The notes below the pieces were generated by a model. That model was not told the DNA's origin. It made no database searches and saw only the letters and a list, made by a program, of their open reading frames with translations. Below, in pieces: positions 10,200 to 18,188 of a stretch of 64,000 bases of DNA (positions are counted from its first letter, which is position 1; every line of letters begins with the position of its first letter). Position numbers and translations under genes: made by a program. The DNA is from a virus (Duplodnaviria > Caudoviricetes): positions 1 to 64,000 of IMG/VR virus record IMGVR_UViG_3300028832_000128. One strand, 5' to 3'.

Positions 10200-12230
10200 C
10201 TAAGGGATAAAAACGCAACGCCCGCCATAAGACTGGTTAGCAGTAGAAACGGTGCCGTTCAAAGCCAAGCAGAACCCGCCCGCATACGCCCCGAGGTTGC
10301 AGGTGCCGCCTGAAAACGCTCGATATACGGTATTGTTGGCGTGAGCATAATATTGATTATCGTTCGTTTTTCCGTTGCTGCTACCGTTCTTAAACAAGAA
10401 CATATCTTTACCTAAAAGTCTTGTAGCTTCGAATCTTCCGTTTGTTATCGTTCCGCCTGCATTTGTCGTTACCTCTATCCAATTGGCTTCTATAGACGAT
10501 TTTGTATAGCTTACGGTTCCGTCAGGATCAGGATTAAAATAAATATGTTCGGTTGTTCCGTCTCCTATTCCTGCTAAGCTGCCGACCATCTGTCCGGCAT
10601 TACCGATAAAATTATCAAGCCCAAAAGTTTTGTTAGGCATTTTACTTGCGTTATAATCACCGTTACCGGTATTTTCTCCGTCAAGTCCAAGCACGTTATC
10701 ACTACCGCCGGTAAGTTCCATACCTAAACACAATACAGTAGTATTTGCTGTTGTGCTTACGGTTCCCTCGATATAAACCTTTTTACAAGCTGTATCTGTT
10801 CCGCTTATACTTACAGTAACATCTTCAACCGATATAATCCTATACCAAGTTGTCGCACTTGCTGTTCCTACGCCTATGCACTGTTTATTTACAGGCACTG
10901 TATTTATTTGACTACTTGCGTTCCAATGTGTAGCCGTAAGTATTACATAATCGACGTTTGTTTCGTCCGTTACTGCTTTTGCGTCGCCTTTATATCCGGT
11001 AGTGTTGCCGTTACCTAAAGTAGCTTGCCAATCTAAATTGGCGTATTTAACAAGCCCTAAATACTGAATACTTGTTTGTTCTTTTATACCGAATAAACGT
11101 AATCCTTTTTTTCTCGGTAACGCTTCAAATTGTGCAATAGTTCTGCTGCATATAGGTGGTCTGCCTGTTGTGATTGTAAACGGAGTATTGTTTGTGGTCT
11201 GCATATCTTCACCGTTCCAATAATAATTGGTTCCGTTAAAGTTATACACACTATCAAAATCAGGTTCTACACCTTCATCCGTAGTATTATCACTTGTAGC
11301 CGTATAAATTAAACCGTTATAATACCACTTATCACCTTCGGTATAAGTTGCAGGTTGCTCTTCAAAAGCCACTAATTTAATTCTAAACGGCTCACCTATA
11401 GAATATTTTGATACTCCAATCCATTCATGTAACACGCCGTTTCTGTCGTGCATAGGTGATACTTTGTAACCGTCTTTAGCTTCTGCCGACAATATTACCA
11501 TTGTATTACCGTCATCATCGATTTCAAGCTTATACCAAAAGATATGAAACATTCTAAAACTGTAAAAACCGGGCAACCCGAAATGTGTCTCGTATTCATA
11601 GGTTCCTTCAACAGCAAACTGTTCGGCTTTACCTGTTTCGGCGTTATAGGTAACCAAAATATCATATCCTTCAAAAATTTCATGACCTTTAAAATCGTCG
11701 GTGCCTGCTGCAACATCTGTGCTTTTGGAAAAATTTAAGCTCGCCGCTCCCAAAATTCTTGTTCCTGCAGAGCTTGAAAGATTAAAACTTACTCCAAGTT
11801 CTTCATGACTTTTAACCGAATGGTTATACACGAACGCCGTTGTTGCTACTTTGTCGGATATATCGTCGTTATGTTGTGTAATTGCCTCTGTTATACCTTC
11901 AAATCGCTTATTGCCCGTTATTACCTCGGTTCCTGTTATATGCACAATATTATCTTCAGGTTTTGTTTGTAACGACGAACCATCCCAATAGTAATATACT
12001 CCGTCATACAAATAAGCTGTATTGTAGCTCGGATCTACTCCGCTGTCTTTTGTTGTTGTTGTAAGTGCGGTATAAATTTTTCCGTCATAAAACCATTTGC
12101 TACCTCTTACATAGGGCGTTGACGGCTGGCTTCCTATAGCAATTAAAGTTACAACTCCTGCACGTCCACCACCGCCGCTTGCTCCTACGGCTGCCCTTCC
12201 TGTATTAAATACTCCATCTGAATAACCCAT
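10200..12230 (-). CDS. DGR target protein A: putative receptor-binding/tail-fibre protein with C-terminal CLec-like VR
   Basis: VATTAFV tail-fibre motif; C-terminus GGTCNLGAYAGGFCLAL...SYGGRCV encoded by the VR. Confidence 0.9.
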   Translation of the reverse strand: MGYSDGVFNTGRAAVGASGGGGRAGVVTLIAIGSQPSTPYVRGSKWFYDGKIYTALTTTTKDSGVDPSYNTAYLYDGVYYYWDGSSLQTKPEDNIVHITGTEVITGNKRFEGITEAITQHNDDISDKVATTAFVYNHSVKSHEELGVSFNLSSSAGTRILGAASLNFSKSTDVAAGTDDFKGHEIFEGYDILVTYNAETGKAEQFAVEGTYEYETHFGLPGFYSFRMFHIFWYKLEIDDDGNTMVILSAEAKDGYKVSPMHDRNGVLHEWIGVSKYSIGEPFRIKLVAFEEQPATYTEGDKWYYNGLIYTATSDNTTDEGVEPDFDSVYNFNGTNYYWNGEDMQTTNNTPFTITTGRPPICSRTIAQFEALPRKKGLRLFGIKEQTSIQYLGLVKYANLDWQATLGNGNTTGYKGDAKAVTDETNVDYVILTATHWNASSQINTVPVNKQCIGVGTASATTWYRIISVEDVTVSISGTDTACKKVYIEGTVSTTANTTVLCLGMELTGGSDNVLGLDGENTGNGDYNASKMPNKTFGLDNFIGNAGQMVGSLAGIGDGTTEHIYFNPDPDGTVSYTKSSIEANWIEVTTNAGGTITNGRFEATRLLGKDMFLFKNGSSNGKTNDNQYYAHANNTVYRAFSGGTCNLGAYAGGFCLALNGTVSTANQSYGGRCVFIP
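10211..10311 (-). repeat. DGR variable repeat VR-A
   Basis: Adenine-specific divergence from TR-A; last ~34 codons of the target. Confidence 0.97.
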
Positions 12231-12276
12231 TGTATCACCTCTCTAAAAAGCTTTAAGCTCATGATGAGCTTCAGGC

Positions 12277-12435
12277 TCAAAATCGCCAAGTAAGTTTTAT
12301 GAATTTTCCGTCTATAAATTCATTGCTTATCGGCATATATAACCTGCTTGTAAATTCTATTTTCGGTATGTAAGGCGAATTTTTAACTTTATAATAAGCA
12401 ATTCCTACCTTACCTATTTTCCATAACTTTTTAAT
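12277..12435 (-). CDS. Unannotated 52-codon reading frame in frame behind the holin-like TGA
   Basis: Conserved with 49051..49209 with many synonymous changes; no ATG/GTG at 5' end. Confidence 0.65.
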   Translation of the reverse strand: MKKLWKIGKVGIAYYKVKNSPYIPKIEFTSRLYMPISNEFIDGKFIKLTWRF

Positions 12436-12816
12436 TCACTTGTTTTCATCTTTACCGATATACTCTTCAATCATTTCTTTTGCGTTTGCAAACTGAGCGT
12501 TATCGGCAATTTCTTTAATTAAAGTTTTTGCTTTTTCGAATGTAGAACTATCGGGCGTCTCTCCCTGTTCTTTCGTATAAGCTCTATTAAATTCAGCCAA
12601 AACATTAGCTGTAAATTTCAACCAATTTATTTGTGTTTCTTCAGGTTTAGGAATAACCTGTAACGCCAACTTTACGGCTTTAATTACATAGTTATCCACT
12701 ATTTCATCATCTTTTTTTGTTTCCGTCTGTCTTATGATCCAAAGCACAACTCTAAACAAAATGTAAACTAAAATTATCCATCCACCGTTTACAAATAAAC
12801 TTTTTAAAAATTCCAT
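12436..12816 (-). CDS. Holin-like membrane protein
   Basis: Single N-terminal hydrophobic segment then charged helical region; homolog 49210..49584. Confidence 0.5.
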   Translation of the reverse strand: MEFLKSLFVNGGWIILVYILFRVVLWIIRQTETKKDDEIVDNYVIKAVKLALQVIPKPEETQINWLKFTANVLAEFNRAYTKEQGETPDSSTFEKAKTLIKEIADNAQFANAKEMIEEYIGKDENK

Positions 12817-12848
12817 ACTTTTTTGTCTCCGTTTTTTTTTATTTTTTA

Positions 12849-13127
12849 TTACAACTCGTTTTCCAAATCTTTTAACTCTTTCAAACTTTTTACCTGCTCG
12901 ATTTTACTTAAATCGCTTTTTAAAACTTTTATACTGTCAAACTCTACCGTCATCGTGTATCTGTCTCCGTTTGTTTCCTGATAATGCGATACGCTTTTAA
13001 CTCTGCCATACCCTTTTACTACCACCTTTTCGTTAACTTTAAATTCAGGTATGTTATTTACATCGTTACTGTCTAAATAAATTGACTGTTTTGGTTTTTG
13101 TATATCTTCTACTTTGTTTTTAGCCAT
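12849..13127 (-). CDS. Hypothetical head-module protein
   Basis: 92 aa after capsid gene; homolog in B; C-terminus resembles scaffold termini. Confidence 0.7.
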   Translation of the reverse strand: MAKNKVEDIQKPKQSIYLDSNDVNNIPEFKVNEKVVVKGYGRVKSVSHYQETNGDRYTMTVEFDSIKVLKSDLSKIEQVKSLKELKDLENEL

Positions 13128-13147
13128 TTTTATCCTCTTTAAATTTG

Positions 13148-13181
13148 AAAAAGAGCAAGGGAAAAAATCCCTTGCTCTTTA
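13148..13181. terminator. Intrinsic terminator after capsid gene
   Basis: aagagcaaggga / tcccttgctctt stem flanked by A and T tracts; equivalent in B. Confidence 0.8.
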
Positions 13182-13186
13182 TATAC

Positions 13187-14350
13187 TTAGGCAGTTGCAC
13201 CGCAAAGGATATTAACACCGAACACGCCGTTCAATGTCTTTGCCACAAAAGGCACTTTATACCCTACGGTTCCTGTCATTTCCAAAGGTTGTGCTAAATC
13301 TTGCGGATTTTTAACAATGATTTTCTTTTTAACTCCGTCAAGATCAACAACGCCGAACGCTTCTCTTCCCAAAAGAGTTATTACATGCACAGCACCTGTT
13401 TCGCTTGCTACGCCTGCAACGCTTTCTCTATACACTTCGGTTGCCGAAACAAATCTTATTCCATACCATTCGCCGATTTCGCCTTCGTATATATCTTTTT
13501 TATCTTGATACTTCTTTACGTCTTTCCATTCGGAATCATTCATAAAGTCGTATTCTGTATCAGGATCAACGATACATACATATTTTCCATCTTCAAACGG
13601 CATAGCTTTTGCTCTCTTAAGATCTCTTCTTGCAAGTTTAATTGCAGCAGAAGAAAGAACGTCGGTCGCAGCAATACCGGTTCCTACAACAACTCTGAAA
13701 GCTGCTCCCGAAGGCACAGCTACAGGCAAAGCGTCAACAGTTAAAGTATCTGTTGCAGCGTCAAAATCGGTAACTTTTGTAGTAATACCGTAATTTGGTT
13801 TTGTAGGATCAGTAAACGTTATATATCCGCCGTTCCAATGATCGTTGTTTTGTGTTAATCCGGAACATGTTACAGCTGTTTTTGTTCCTGCTGCACTTGT
13901 TACACCGTCATACTGATATGTAGAATCGGCGTCTGCTCTTCTTCTGATAAAACCTGTTCCGATACAATCGTTAATTAACGAATTGACTGTTTCACCGCAA
14001 GCATTTGCAACAATATCAACTTTCTCTTTTACACCTTTATCAAGTGCGGTAAGAGAAGCTATTTCGGATATTTCTACAACATCACCATACCAATCGATGG
14101 TTGCTGAAATTTCCTGTTGTTGTAATGCTTTATTTGTTACTCCGCCGGTTGCAGATTCTGTTAAAGGAGTTTTGTTTTTAGGTAAAGGTTGGTAACGAGT
14201 AAAATAAATCGTTTTACCTTTTCCTTGTTCCAATGTTCTTTTTTGTGCAAATTGCTCGGCTACCATTAAAGGTTTTGCCATAAGCAACAATCTTTTGTCA
14301 TAATAAGCCTGCACAAAAGGGCTTAAGTTGGATGTAGTTGTAACTGACAT
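13187..14350 (-). CDS. Major capsid protein (N4 gp56-like) with internal insertion
   Basis: YYDKRLL, GKTIYFTRY, YGDVVEISE, GEIGEWYGIRFV motifs; follows scaffold; strong RBS. Confidence 0.85.
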   Translation of the reverse strand: MSVTTTSNLSPFVQAYYDKRLLLMAKPLMVAEQFAQKRTLEQGKGKTIYFTRYQPLPKNKTPLTESATGGVTNKALQQQEISATIDWYGDVVEISEIASLTALDKGVKEKVDIVANACGETVNSLINDCIGTGFIRRRADADSTYQYDGVTSAAGTKTAVTCSGLTQNNDHWNGGYITFTDPTKPNYGITTKVTDFDAATDTLTVDALPVAVPSGAAFRVVVGTGIAATDVLSSAAIKLARRDLKRAKAMPFEDGKYVCIVDPDTEYDFMNDSEWKDVKKYQDKKDIYEGEIGEWYGIRFVSATEVYRESVAGVASETGAVHVITLLGREAFGVVDLDGVKKKIIVKNPQDLAQPLEMTGTVGYKVPFVAKTLNGVFGVNILCGATA

Positions 14351-14433
14351 GATAAAAACCTCCGTTTTTTCAAATTTTTTGCAAATCTTAAACTTTTGCT
14401 TCTTTACTTCCTTACTTCTTTGCTCAATTTAAG

Positions 14434-14524
14434 ATTGTTCTGAAAAAATCAGAGGTCTTTTATTTTTGAGTTTTTATTTTTATTTTTTTATTTAACCTTA
14501 AAGATTATCTGCTTTCGCAAGGTC
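14434..14524 (-). promoter_or_regulatory. Two GACC-hairpin-AYAATC motifs in the capsid leader
   Basis: Both motifs conserved with compensatory changes at 51208..51307. Confidence 0.6.
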
Positions 14525-14557
14525 TTTGTGTTAAATAAAAAAGAAAAAATATCTGTT

Positions 14558-15568
14558 TTATTTCATCTTGTTTTCAAGTTCCTTCAATTCTTTTAAATTT
14601 TTAACATTGTTAATTTTTTTAATCATATCGTCATCGTTCGTAGTCGTTTTAGTAGGTGCGGCTGAAGCAGCAGCTTGTTTTTGTTTATTCTTTTTTTCCT
14701 GCTCTGCTGCAAGTATTCTTTCTTCTCTTGCTCTGCGTGCTTCGGCAATATCTCTTATAACATATAACGACGTTATTTCCGGATGTTCGACTGTTATCTT
14801 TTTAAATTCTTTAGCAAGACTTTCTTTTTCTTCTTTGCTCATACCTTCGGTTATATCATCCCATTCGGCTTGAGCTTGCTTTTCAAGTTCTTTTCTTTGT
14901 TCTTCTATTTTTTCTTGCTTGCTTTTATCATTATTTTTAGGTTCTGTTTTGCCTGTAAATTTTTCTATAACATTTTCTATAGCTTTAATAGGATCATTCA
15001 TAAATTCTTCGTTAAATTTATCAATCATCTCTTGTTTTTCTTCTTTGGTCGGCTCATTCTGTTTTTCTTTTACATTTTTAACATCCTGCTCCAACTGTTC
15101 AAGTCTTTGTTTTAACTTATCGTTTTCGGTTTTAATATTGTTGCGTTCGGCAAGTGCAGACGATTTACTTTTCTCGGCTTGTCTGCCCCATTCAACAACA
15201 TCTTCAACATATTTAAACTTATCCGGAATATTGTATTTTTTCCTTAACTCATCAGTTACAGGCGTTTTTTGTTTTTTATTTACTTTATCATTTCCGGTAT
15301 CATTATCATCATTATCATTATTATCTGCGTTGTTATCTTTATTATGTTCATCACTGTTATCATCGCCATCATCGTTATTGTTATCTGTATCATTGTTTTC
15401 ATCGTTGTTTTCTGTGTTATTATTTTGGTTATCATCGTTGTTGTTGTCATTATTATTGTTGTTATCGTTGTTTTTATCATCAACTTTTTCATCTTTTATT
15501 TGTGTTTCCATTTGTTCTAATTCTTCAATACTTTTTACACTGTTAATTTTATTTTCCAAATCAGCCAT
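14558..15568 (-). CDS. Capsid scaffolding protein
   Basis: Acidic, coiled-coil, Asn/Asp low-complexity tract, directly upstream of capsid gene. Confidence 0.75.
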   Translation of the reverse strand: MADLENKINSVKSIEELEQMETQIKDEKVDDKNNDNNNNNDNNNDDNQNNNTENNDENNDTDNNNDDGDDNSDEHNKDNNADNNDNDDNDTGNDKVNKKQKTPVTDELRKKYNIPDKFKYVEDVVEWGRQAEKSKSSALAERNNIKTENDKLKQRLEQLEQDVKNVKEKQNEPTKEEKQEMIDKFNEEFMNDPIKAIENVIEKFTGKTEPKNNDKSKQEKIEEQRKELEKQAQAEWDDITEGMSKEEKESLAKEFKKITVEHPEITSLYVIRDIAEARRAREERILAAEQEKKNKQKQAAASAAPTKTTTNDDDMIKKINNVKNLKELKELENKMK

Positions 15569-15803
15569 TTTGTTCTGTCTCCTTTTCTGTTATATTTTTA
15601 TACTCTTTAATAGTAGACAGCTCTACTATCAACTTTTTTATTGTTTTTGCTTTACTGTGTTCGGCAAAAATTTGTTCCGGTTTATCAGTGTTTAACATTT
15701 CGTTTAAAGATTGTTCTTTTTTTTCTTCTAAAAAAGAAAATAAAATATCACCTTCCGGTTTATTTAACATCTCGCATAACAAAACTCTTTGTTCGTCAGT
15801 CAT
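15561..15803 (-). CDS. Hypothetical head-module protein
   Basis: 80 aa; homolog 52329..52577. Confidence 0.65.
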   Translation of the reverse strand: MTDEQRVLLCEMLNKPEGDILFSFLEEKKEQSLNEMLNTDKPEQIFAEHSKAKTIKKLIVELSTIKEYKNITEKETEQNG

Positions 15804-16053
15804 GTCTATGCTCCTGTTGTTTTATATCAGCAGACAACTGTTTAATCGCAACTGTCAATTCTTCGATATTTTTCCAACTGTTATTAACTAATTCCTGTTG
15901 TTTTGTAATAAAATTCATAAGCTCGGTTTTTTCGTTTTTTGCGTCTTGTCTAATGGAATCAATATAATTCATACCCCATTTTGCAACTATTACAACAAGC
16001 ATTGCAAAAATACCAACAACACCAAAATCTTTTAATAATGTTGTAAAATCCAT
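15796..16053 (-). CDS. Holin-like protein (TM plus coiled coil)
   Basis: GVVGIFAMLVVIVAKW hydrophobic segment; near endolysin; homolog in B. Confidence 0.55.
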   Translation of the reverse strand: MDFTTLLKDFGVVGIFAMLVVIVAKWGMNYIDSIRQDAKNEKTELMNFITKQQELVNNSWKNIEELTVAIKQLSADIKQQEHRHD

Positions 16054-16059
16054 TTTTAT

Positions 16060-16356
16060 TTAACCCCAAAACTCAATTAACACCGAACATTCTGCTTCGG
16101 CTTTTATTCTAAATGTTCTATCGGTTCCGTCTTGCAAAATCCTTGTTTCCAAAACGCCTGCTGCCGCAAATCCACCGGCAACCAAATTATTATCGCCCGG
16201 CGTTCCCGGATCAGCATTTACATTAAAAAAAACATTTTCCGTTAGACTAAAAACTTTCACACCTTTTGCGTCATTTGGTATTTTTATACTTCTTACCGTA
16301 GAGCTTGCTGCAAGATATCCAAAACTACATTTGGCGTTACTTAAATCTTTTATCAT
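16060..16356 (-). CDS. Hypothetical protein
   Basis: 98 aa; homolog 52840..53136. Confidence 0.7.
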   Translation of the reverse strand: MIKDLSNAKCSFGYLAASSTVRSIKIPNDAKGVKVFSLTENVFFNVNADPGTPGDNNLVAGGFAAAGVLETRILQDGTDRTFRIKAEAECSVLIEFWG

Positions 16357-16380
16357 GTTTTTTACTCCTTAATATAAAAA

Positions 16381-16644
16381 TTAATTTTCCCAATTCGTAG
16401 GAGCAAAACATACGGTGCATTCTTTTTTATTTTCAACAAGTTCCGCTCCGCACCTTGCACATTTTTTTGTTTCTTTTGTCGGTTTTTCTGTTGTTTCTGT
16501 TGTTTTTTCTGTGTTTTCTGTATCTTTTGTCGCTTCTTCTGTCGGTTTTTCTGTTGTTTCTGTTGTTTTTTCTGTGTTTTCTGTATCTTTTGTCGCTTCT
16601 TCTGTCGGTTTTTCTTGTTTTAAATCTTTTTCTTTTTTAGTCAT
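16381..16644 (-). CDS. Small protein with C-terminal zinc ribbon
   Basis: CARC...CTVC; homolog 53163..53363. Confidence 0.65.
   Translation of the reverse strand: MTKKEKDLKQEKPTEEATKDTENTEKTTETTEKPTEEATKDTENTEKTTETTEKPTKETKKCARCGAELVENKKECTVCFAPTNWEN
16477..16614. repeat. 63-bp in-frame tandem duplication
   Basis: EKPTEEATKDTENTEKTTETT twice plus EKPT. Confidence 0.9.
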
Positions 16645-16669
16645 AGTTTTGTTCTCCTTTTAAAAAAAA

Positions 16670-17074
16670 TTAAATTATTTCAATATGTGGAATATCTGAA
16701 AAATTTTCGTCTTTTGTTTCGCCGTTTCTATTCCAATCTCCGCCCCATCTGAAATCAGATGTTATAAGTCCTAAACTTTTAAATCTTTCAGCTACTCCTA
16801 ACCAATATCCGGCTAAATATGCAAACCTTTCTCTATTCTTCCAATCTATAGGATAAGGAGCAATATCAATAGCTTGCGAAGGAACAAGTAAATGTTTGGA
16901 GTTCATCGTTTTGCTTTTACCTTCTTTAACATATTGTGCCTGCTGCTCTTTTGTTCTTATTGTAGATTCTAAAACAGTAAAATCTATTTTTTCTATAACA
17001 GCCATAGCAACAACTTGTATATCTCTATGGCATTGTCTGAGCAACGAAAAACTTTTTTCTCCAAACTTTGGCAT
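16670..17074 (-). CDS. Endolysin, M15 family peptidase
   Basis: R...Q, SKH...AIDIAPY, WGGDW, DIPHIE motifs. Confidence 0.88.
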   Translation of the reverse strand: MPKFGEKSFSLLRQCHRDIQVVAMAVIEKIDFTVLESTIRTKEQQAQYVKEGKSKTMNSKHLLVPSQAIDIAPYPIDWKNRERFAYLAGYWLGVAERFKSLGLITSDFRWGGDWNRNGETKDENFSDIPHIEII

Positions 17075-17084
17075 TTTAATACCT

Positions 17085-17363
17085 CTATTTCATTCCTAAA
17101 TAATCTATAACCGCTTTTGCTTCATCATCTATACTTAAAGGTCTTGTAAGAATTTTTCTTTGTAAAGCTGTTTTTGCTTTAGCTATATATTGTTTTTTAG
17201 TCTCTCCGTTATCTCTATACTTACAACCTTTACAATCGGCTTTACTGTCAAGCCAAATTTTGTCATGGTTACAAAAATAATCACCTTCAAAAGTGTCAAA
17301 CTGTCTAAAAATACAATCGTTTTCTTTTACTTCAATAATTGCGTATCTTTTCTCTTTAGCCAT
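17085..17363 (-). CDS. Hypothetical Cys-containing protein
   Basis: Homolog 53787..54062. Confidence 0.65.
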   Translation of the reverse strand: MAKEKRYAIIEVKENDCIFRQFDTFEGDYFCNHDKIWLDSKADCKGCKYRDNGETKKQYIAKAKTALQRKILTRPLSIDDEAKAVIDYLGMK

Positions 17364-17946
17364 GTTTCACCTCTTGTAAAACATAATACTTGTTACAGTT
17401 TCGGCATTTAAAAGTATATCCGTCAATTATTCTATCGATATAAATTTCTTTATGACAATCATCACATCTAAAAAAACGATCGTTTACATTTGTTTTTTCA
17501 TCAAACTTTACAATAGTGCATTTTTCTTTTACAAAAACTTCTTTTGTTGTTACATCGTCATTCAGTTTATCTTCGTGTTTTCCGCAACAACATAATCCTT
17601 CTTTGCCTTTTTCTGTCGCATTATCTGTAATATCTTGAGAAAAACAAGCTTCAAGTAAAATTAAATAATTAACAGTATCGCCTATTTTTTCATCAAGTAT
17701 ATTTTGACTTGGCAAAATACCATGTTTTTCGTATTTTTCAACCATATCAACAACACTTACTAAGTGTTTGTTTAACATACCAAGTAAAGCGTATTCTTTT
17801 GTATTACATCTAAAAAAACTTTTTGCTTCGTTAAAATTATGCAACCTGTCGTTTTTACTTGCGTATTCTTTAGCTTTGTTGCCTAAAACTTTATTTATTT
17901 TTTCTATACGGCTTTTTAATACTTTTTCAAAATCTTCATTTGTCAT
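17356..17946 (-). CDS. MazG-like/DUF1599-type alpha-helical protein with C-terminal zinc ribbon
   Basis: KAKEYA...DRLHNF...EKIGDTVNY pattern; CDDC..CRNC; homolog in B. Confidence 0.5.
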   Translation of the reverse strand: MTNEDFEKVLKSRIEKINKVLGNKAKEYASKNDRLHNFNEAKSFFRCNTKEYALLGMLNKHLVSVVDMVEKYEKHGILPSQNILDEKIGDTVNYLILLEACFSQDITDNATEKGKEGLCCCGKHEDKLNDDVTTKEVFVKEKCTIVKFDEKTNVNDRFFRCDDCHKEIYIDRIIDGYTFKCRNCNKYYVLQEVKHG

Positions 17947-18188
17947 GCTTTTGTCTCCTTAAATTCAAATCCTAATAATTTACAAATATTTTCTGCTGTT
18001 TCTTTTTTTACTTTTTCAAAATCACAAACTACAACAAACCTACCTTTTTCATATCTGTAAATTCCGCTCATGTTAAAATAAATATTTTTCTTAAACAAAA
18101 ACTGAGCGTTTATTTTTTTAATATAACATTCTCTATATCCGTTATCTTTGGCAACTTCTGCAATTTTTACAAACGTCTTAAAATTCAT
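17943..18188 (-). CDS. Hypothetical protein
   Basis: 81 aa; near-identical homolog 54639..54881. Confidence 0.7.
   Translation of the reverse strand: MNFKTFVKIAEVAKDNGYRECYIKKINAQFLFKKNIYFNMSGIYRYEKGRFVVVCDFEKVKKETAENICKLLGFEFKETKA

Noticed and set aside
12277-12438. Genome-wide TGA reassignment (code 4/25)
   Set aside because: TGA is used in ATGA stop/start overlaps (e.g. 8797..8800) and aligns with TAA at 12277 vs 49051, so it is a normal stop
12436-12816. 126-aa gene upstream of the target as Avd
   Set aside because: Has an N-terminal transmembrane segment and is not the soluble basic helical protein expected; not tested by HMM
14568-15695. Plus-strand Ser/Leu/Ile-rich ORFs (also 51375..52410, 97..495, 13301..13744 and similar)
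   Set aside because: Antisense shadows of minus-strand genes, produced by low-complexity codon use; not conserved as frames between A and B
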